A stretch of 64,000 nucleotides of DNA from assembly GCA_012295275.1 (NCBI GenBank), contig CM022673.1, forward strand, positions 11,780,001 to 11,844,000, given 5' to 3'. Made by a program: the position numbers and the translations under genes. Source of the stretch: Chrysomallon squamiferum. Lineage: Eukaryota > Animalia > Mollusca. Of this stretch, positions 55,528 to 64,000 are shown one piece after another. How positions within the stretch are numbered: the stretch's first letter is position 1; each line of letters opens with the position of its first letter. The notes under the pieces were generated by a model that saw only the letters and a list, made by a program, of their open reading frames with translations, did not search any database and had not been told where the DNA came from.

Positions 55528-55970
55528 ACAGCGACAGCGGTATAGGTGGTAGTAGTTGTATGTATATTAAAATGTATGTGTGGCCGTATATGTATTTGTT
55601 CTTGTATATATGTATGAACGAATGTATGTATATTTATACGTATATATATTTGATGTATGAATTATTGTACATTTGCATGAAGGATTCTACATATCAAATG
55701 ACGTCATAAGAAAATGGCCTTCTTATTGCATCATCGTCAGCGTATTTTGTTAATAGTATATACCGGTAGTTTTATGTATAAGTAAAAACTATTTAGTAAG
55801 TAAAAGTTTATTCTCCAGAAACTTTAGGAACCAAATACCGTTTAGTTTGAAAAGAAAATATTGTCCAAATGTAAAATCAGTTTAGAAGCTAAGAGTTACC
55901 TCCCTGCATGATACAAACAAGGTTTTGATCATCGATTTAGCAGAATTGCAAATATATATTTACTTGCATG

Positions 55971-56004
<34 letters not shown>

Positions 56005-56061
56005 TGTATGTATGTATGTATGTACGTACGTATGTTTGTATGTATGTATATATGTATGTAT

Positions 56062-56181
<120 letters not shown>

Positions 56182-56919
56182 TAGAAAGAAAAGAGCGCGC
56201 GTGTGTATATGTGTTTTTGTATATGTGTCTTATGTATATTTATCTGAATATGTCTGTCTGTATGTGTGTATATCTCCATATATACTTCTGTGTAAAATAA
56301 CTCATTCCTTTTCTCCAACCTTTCATTATCGTCTGTCCCTCCTTCCCTCCTCTCTTCCTTCCCCCATCTTTCCATCCGATACTCTTTTTTTTTTTCTTTT
56401 TTTTTCTATATATATTTTCAATATCATCTTTTCTTCGCTCGTTCTTCATTTCATTCACAACATCTGTCATTGTGTAAACTCCGCCCTCATAAATCTCACA
56501 AAACTTGCGCAATTTTGTTTTTGTAAAATGTTAGCTTCCATCGATACTGCACTAGGCGACATTTTTACTGCGATGGGGAAGTAGGTTTGTTGGATTCTTT
56601 TCATTACGTTTTGAGAAATCTACGTGAGTACGCACGTAACAGTTATCTACGTGTTGACGTCGAAATCCAGTCAGCTGACACAGATCCACGTGGACAGATA
56701 CGCATGGACTTTTATTTATATATGTGTATGTGTGTGTGTGTGCGTGTATGCACGTATGTATGTATTTATGTATCTATCTTGTATGTTTGCAAGCATACGT
56801 ATATACATACACAAACACACACACATATAGAGAGAAGCACACATATATATTGCCTCCACAGTATATTATCATAGTTACAACCGATATTACACACTCGGTA
56901 AGATAACATCATACAAATA

Positions 56920-57480
56920 ACAGATACTAGCACACACTGTTACAATACCTTGAACACACACTATTATAGCACATACTAGCACACACTATTATAACAACAC
57001 ACACTACACATAACTAGCACACACACTATTATTAGACACACACTACTATTATAGCACATACTAGCACACACTATTACAACACATACTAACACACATTATT
57101 AGACAACATGCTAACACACACTATTAGAACACATGCTAACACACACTATTACAACACATACTAACAACACATACCATAACACATACTAACACACCATAAC
57201 AAAAAATACTAATATACACTATTATAGCACATACTAGCACACACTATTATAACACATACTACTACAACAGATACTAACACACACTATTACAACACATACT
57301 AGTACACACTAGTACAACACACACTATTACAACACATGCTAACACATATTATTACAACACATACTAACATACTAAAAACACATACCAATACACACTAGTA
57401 GAATGCATAGTAACATACTACTACTATACATAGTAAACGAATATTAACAGACACTAAAACACACTATTATAGAATACAAT
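56920..57480. repeat. Degenerate ~23-25 bp minisatellite
   Basis: Recurring ACACACTATTACAACACATACTA(G/A)C. Confidence 0.85.
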
Positions 57481-58569
57481 ATGTACATATAGAACTTGAA
57501 AAAAAATACATTAACGGATGTGTTTGAAAAAAATACATATGTATGAATTTATGAATGAAGATTAAAAAAAACTGAATGAACTTTGAAGAATGGTTGAATG
57601 AAGGAATTAATGAATGAACATTAAAAAAATAATAAAAATGAAACATAACTACAAAAAGTTAAAATAAATTTATAAATGACTGAATGAAATATCTAGTTTT
57701 AAAAATTAATTATACGAGGAGAAAAAAAGAAGATAATAAAAAAGAAATAATTAAATAGATTACGACATTTTTCGTTCACGTTGCACAACACCTACACATG
57801 CAAGTACAACGACGACATTCCCAGACTGTCATCTACACCCACACTACAGCATTGCATAATAAATGCCACTTTATACATATGTTGCTCGAAGTATACCATT
57901 TGACCTTGAGTTCATTGAATATTATTTCAAACTCACTGAAAACAACGCAACAGATGTGACGGTCATTAGAATCTGCAGTCACAACGAAGCAACATTGCGA
58001 CATAACTCTTAATGTTAACAAACCTCTTCTCACATATTTCATTTACTAAAACATTTTTAAAAGAAAATAAAAAAAAAAAAAAAAAAAAGGGTAATTAAAA
58101 AATGCACAACATACAAACACACACACAGATGCACAGACGTGGCGCTGTTGAATATGTCACTATCCTCTCGATCATTATTTTATCAAAAGTATTTTCCAAT
58201 ATTAAAACAAGAAGCAGTTTTCTCTTTGTTATGCCATAATTTATATATATGTGTATATATTTGTGTCCTTCTTTGTGGTTGAGTCTGCATACAGGTCATG
58301 CAATTTCTAGAGAGATTTCAGCCATTGGTAACCCAGTTTTTACTCTTATCAGTAAGCCAATGCGTTCTGTATTTTTATCTGTCTTCGTATGAATTGTATT
58401 TCCGAAATCTAAAACAGCATAAACCAGATTAAAAATATAAAAACCGGAGAGGGGAGAGAGACAGATAGAAAATAAACCCCCTGATATAAAGAGAAAAATA
58501 GATAGGGAGAAAGACGGATAAGGTGAAAGAGAGAGACAGAGAAACAGAGATGCATACAGAGAAATAAAA

Positions 58570-58672
<103 letters not shown>

Positions 58673-59111
58673 AAGAAACAAACGGATAGATGATTTCAAT
58701 TTGCTAAATTAAGGAAACACGAGAGATATCAGTTTTAATTCAGATTAACTGTGGATGCTGTTAAAACAAATCTTGATGTTTTTCTAACGACTCGCATTAA
58801 TCAGTACCTCAGAAGTCAGTGCGTGTGTTCAACATTAGACTGCTTTAATGCAGTTAAATATTTTATTTCCTGTTTTCCTTCAGATTACTATTACTACTGT
58901 TATTATTGTTGCTGTTATCTTTAGTACTGCTACTGTTACTACTATTATTATTACTATTACTATTACTACTGCTACTACTACTACTACTACTATTATGACC
59001 ACCACCACCACTACTATTTCTACTACTACCTCTACCACTACTACTGCTATTACTGCCACTAATATTATTATTACTACAGCTACAGATAATATCCAATATT
59101 ACTACTATTTT

Positions 59112-59147
<36 letters not shown>

Positions 59148-60102
59148 CACTATAACTACTTCTACTGCTACTACCATTACTTTTATTACTACTACTATTA
59201 CTTCTAGTACTACTAGTACTACTACTACTACCACCACTATTATAACAAAATAGCAACAACAGTTACTACTATTACTATACTACTACTACTACTACTACTA
59301 CTACTACAACTAGAACCATCACGATACAGATGACTTGATAAAGACAAACTGTTTAATGTTTCTGTTTCAAACGATTCTTTTTTCCTTCGTGTAAACAGAA
59401 AATTGGTTTGGCGAAGACTTTTAACCAGTAAATGAGTGGGATGGAGCAAATAAAATTAACCACCTTATTTTTTTCTTTTATTTGATCACGAAGTAATAAA
59501 TTAATCTAGAAAAAAATATATATTTACCAAACCAAGCTGTTACCATTGCATGTTGCAATAACAGTCCTTCTGTGGGGGTGTAGTTTGAATGGTCGCATTA
59601 TTTTTTTCTTCGGATATATATATATTTTTTTAATTCGGGAGCGCCTACTACTAAATATATCAGACCCTTCCTCCCCACAACCCGCCGATTTCTCGTAGGT
59701 TTTGAAATAAGAAACACTACGAAGACAGATGGTGCCTCAATCAATATTGAATTTGTTTCACCTAAAATATGCAGGAAATTTAATTTTGTTTTTCGTATTT
59801 ATTAACGCTTTAAACAAACGGGACAGCATTTATGTAGGTGTTTTTAACAGTTTATTTCATTTAGCGGTTAAAGGTTTTGTGTGGTTTTAGTTTCTCTGCG
59901 TGGTTTGGTGTAAAAGATCGGCGTTCAAACGAGTACAAAGTTAAACCTTCGAAAATGGCGATGATGGGATTTTTATATTCTATTGTAACTGATTTTTCTC
60001 ATTTCGTTTGCTTTACTATATCTACAACAACAACTAAAACAACAACAGTAACAACAACCACAACAATGACTATTACTATTACTACTGTTGCTGCTACAAC
60101 TG

Positions 60103-60135
<33 letters not shown>

Positions 60136-61747
60136 AATTACTACTATTACAACTACTACTACAATTACTACTATTACAACTATTCATACTACTTCTACTA
60201 CTACTGCTACTATTATTACTGCTACTACAACTACTGCTACTATTATTACTACTACTACAACTACTGCTATTACTATTACTACTATTACAACTACTCATAC
60301 TACTGCTATACAATTACTGCTACTATTATTGCTACTATTATTACTGCTACTATTATTACTACTACTACAACTACTGCTACTACTACTACTACTGCTACTG
60401 CTGCTTTTACTATTAGAAAACGTCTTCACTCAAACCCTCCTGATTTAAACCAAGTTAGTCACGACGCAAAATACAAAACTGTAAAGATAATAAATATTCC
60501 CATCTTTTAATGCAAAACATTTTTTTACACCATCATATCTCCATGTTTCAGGAGCATCTGGAATTATCAGTATGTGTGTCAAAGCACGCCTGCCTTGGCC
60601 ACGTTATGCGAAACTAAGTGCCAGTGTTTCAGTGTATTAGCATAAGCAAACAAACGTCACATTTATAGGAATTTCATGGAGGCGTTTTACACGCAGTGTT
60701 GTCCAGATTGTCTTTACGAGATTTCGTGTGTTTTAGTACCAGTTGTAAATGAATAAGGTAGATTTTCGCACCATCGAAAAATAACAAAGAAAATGTCACT
60801 TTATTCTGAAATATCCACTGCATATACATCATGAAATATTACTCAAGAAAAATCACCCGTGTTTAAACTAGTAAAAATAGTTATCTGTTCAAAAAAAAAA
60901 AAAAAAAAAAAAAAAAACAAACAACAACATTAGATTGGAAAGATTTTGAAAATGATCTGTACATTCTGTTTTTCAAAATATTTAACGGTCTACACTTCAC
61001 ATAAGCAACTTGTCAAATATAGTTATAATAATATTATGTTAACCGAAATGCTCAAAAGTTAATAAATATTTGTTCAAAACCGAAAATAACTCTATCATAT
61101 TGGTAAGAATTTTTGAAATGCACTGTACATTCTTTTTCCTTTTTTACTTTTCGTATGTACCCACCTGTCAAATGTGATTACATCATTGTTGTACGTGTGT
61201 CTCTTAGCCGAAATTTTCAACGTTAAACTACTAAGTTATACCAGACAGTGAGAGAGTTACTAAAGTGATCTTCTACCTTCGTATTTATCTCTGGACAGGA
61301 CTGACAAACACAACATATATTTTGTTTATTTCTCACTTTTGACACTGCAGTGGTGAAAGTCCATTGACAGCTGGACTGAGGTGCGAGGGTTCGTCAGATC
61401 GAATCTTCTCATTGACATTCTACGAAGTCTTTTCTGCCCATAAAGTGTATTGCTTCATTGATTTATCAAAGACAGTTTGTGTGCGTATTTCTGATCGTGG
61501 AAACCTTCGTAATCCCTTTAAAAAAAAAAAGTAACCGCTTAAAGAAAAGAATTGTTTTGAACCTGCAAGCGATGATACTGAAATTCATGCATGCATTCAT
61601 CTATCCATTCATAAATCCATCATTTTATTTATCCATATATTCGTGTATGTATTTATCCACCCATTCCGTTCTTCCGACCATCTGTTTATCCATTCATTCG
61701 TTAATTCATTCATTAATTCATTCAACAGAACAAAAAAGTAAAGTATC

Positions 61748-61780
<33 letters not shown>

Positions 61781-61839
61781 TAAAAAAATAATAATAAAAA
61801 AAAAAAATAATAATTTTTATTTTTCTTAACAGAAGACTT

Positions 61840-61959
61840 TTTTTTCCCCAGGACTGAACCACCTAGGAAAGAGGAATTTTGTGGGTTTAACCGATACGCC
61901 ATCACGGCTAGTCGCACGGTCCAGGCGCGGTTATAAATACTTAGCCAACAGTTCTCTAT
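61840..61959 (+). promoter_or_regulatory. TATA-containing promoter
   Basis: GC-rich GGCGCGG directly before TTATAAATA (61931-61939); Inr-like CAGTT at 61959, about 28 nt downstream. Confidence 0.65.
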
Positions 61960-62150
61960 CTCTTCACCTTTTTTACATTCCCGTCAGGTATGAAATATCT
62001 GACGTCAGAGCGAGATTTCGCCTTGCAGACTGTGAACAGCGGTTTCGCGAGGGCCGAGTGAGAATGTTAACTTCTCCGTGATTACAGAGAGAAAACGATC
62101 TGCAGCAACCCAGCCGAACCGTCAGAACCGAAGTTACAACAAGTGGGAAG
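61960..62150 (+). other. Putative 5'UTR first exon of a plus-strand gene extending toward or beyond the right edge
   Basis: Perfect donor AAG|GTAAGT at 62150/62151; internal CRE 62000-62007; uORFs 61990-62061 (23 aa) and MLTSP*. Confidence 0.65.
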
Positions 62151-62256
62151 GTAAGTTTTGTATTACTTAACTTATTTTTTTAACTTAAAATGTGATATGT
62201 TAAGTGTATATACCGAAATCCACCTAATGATATACGTAACTGATTTTAAAATTTTA

Positions 62257-62291
<35 letters not shown>

Positions 62292-63003
62292 TATTTTTTT
62301 TTTTAGGTTGTGCCACTTTTTTTATTTTTTTTTTTTTTTTAAATCTTATATTTTATCTGCTTTTATAAAAAAAATATTTCACATTTTAATCGTCTTATAA
62401 AATTTCACTTTATTTTATGGTTTGGATTTTTGTGTTTTTTAAATCCTGTATGTTAGCTTTTGTTTTAAATAATCTTCCAGTTTAACACAGTTGCCAAAAG
62501 AAATTTAATATAGGAATTCTTGGAATCCTAGCGTATCGTGTTTTTTTTTTTTTTTTGTGTTTTTTTTTTAAACGAATGATTTATTGCTTGTAAAGATTAT
62601 ATTCCGGATAACTTTCTCGGTAGATAATTGCTTAATAATGATAACTGTATTTAGTTTTATCCACTGAATTTACTCAGATGATCATACCTTACCTAAAACC
62701 ACCTGCTTTGAACCGTGAAATATGTTTCGGTAATTTAGTTTGTCTTCTCGATGTAATCTGGAGTCAGGTGTCGTCTGTAATGTAGTTACAACAGTTAGCT
62801 GGAAAAACTGGGGAAGAAGTAAAAACTGAACTTTTTACACTAGTTACAAACACAGAGAGGCAAACCAGCTTCCTTTCTCGTGTACTGCATCGATAATGTT
62901 CAGTTTTATATTCACTCTGTTAACAGCGTAATGATTTCTTTAACACTGAAGTTTTTATTTGTAGTTGCAATTCAAATTGCGAGAAAAATAGTTTTTACTG
63001 GTT

Positions 63004-63100
<97 letters not shown>

Positions 63101-63702
63101 CTACATAGCTACCTACGTTTCTACCCATCTATCTAACTATCTGTCTACCTGCCTATTCACCTAGTACCTACCTATAAAGATAATTAATTTCTTACATAAT
63201 TACACAGAACCATACATAAAGACATACACACACACACACACGTATGCATACATACATAAATATATGGACACATACTTACATACATACATACATACGTACT
63301 CTCACACATATATACGTAAATACATAATAATATACAAACACACATACATACATACACACCTTCATACACTTACATATACAGACACGTTAACATTTCTCAG
63401 CCAAATACACACGTAACACATACATACACACATATACACACGCAATCTTATACATTTTCAAAAAGACCATCCTTCTTAACAATAATGACCTCAAATAAGT
63501 GAATGATTTACGGGTATGACAGACACGTAATTACTGTTGCTTATCTCGTTTCCTGTGAGTCAGTGAAGTGTTGACTTCCACCTTCTCGCTGCACACTGAG
63601 ATAAGTAATAAGATGAAGAAGAAAAAAGCGTATTGACGATTTAACGGTGTTTTGAACCCAGAACTCTCTATCACTGCCTGTCAGCACTCGACAGGATGCT
63701 CC

Positions 63703-63885
63703 CAGGGGCGGATCTAGGGAGGGGGTGCACTGATACAGAACACCCCTACGCCCCTGCCTTTTTATTTTTTTTTTTTTTTTTGTTAGGATGAGAGGGAGGT
63801 GATGTTAACAAAATTTTATTATGAAAAGTTATATTGATCCCAAACCTGATTTCATCCTCTTTACGAAAGAATGGATCCGCCCTAG
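63703..63885. mobile_element. MITE-like non-autonomous DNA transposon
   Basis: Imperfect terminal inverted repeats CAGGGGCGGATCT ... GGATCCGCCCTAG about 180 bp apart; a related end CAGTGGCGAATCTAGG at ~4467; target-site duplication not clean. Confidence 0.6.
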
Positions 63886-63906
63886 ACGCTGTTCCTTTGA
63901 GGTAAA

Positions 63907-63950
<44 letters not shown>

Positions 63951-64000
63951 AATCGGGATTCGGTCGTTAACCTTCGTTATGTATTTTTTATTTTATTTTC

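Overview
This is AT-rich, microsatellite-saturated eukaryotic DNA from an invertebrate. A gastropod mollusc is my best guess, inferred only from remembered SINE/MITE-like fragments. I see no long protein-coding exon, rRNA, intact tRNA or CRISPR array, and nearly all ORFs in the supplied track are translations of simple repeats. The informative sequence lies in short CpG-containing islands. Three look like RNA polymerase II promoters with first exons: minus strand at ~3.9 kb, minus strand at ~37.2 kb and plus strand at ~61.9 kb. Others look like enhancers. The islands carry many perfect CRE palindromes (at least 13 TGACGTCA by manual count), GC-flanked MEF2 boxes and kappaB-like sites, the motif mix typical of stimulus-inducible (immediate-early-type) loci. 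The most interesting object is a predicted spliced minus-strand transcript from the TATA/CRE promoter at 37.2 kb (exons ~37156-37063, 30780-29925 and ~28794 onward). It has no long ORF. Instead it carries a string of small ORFs, a pre-miRNA-sized hairpin with a stop codon in its stem, a second perfect hairpin, a final 76-aa ORF, and a downstream minisatellite that repeats AAUAAA and AUUUA. All gene models are motif-based and need RNA evidence.
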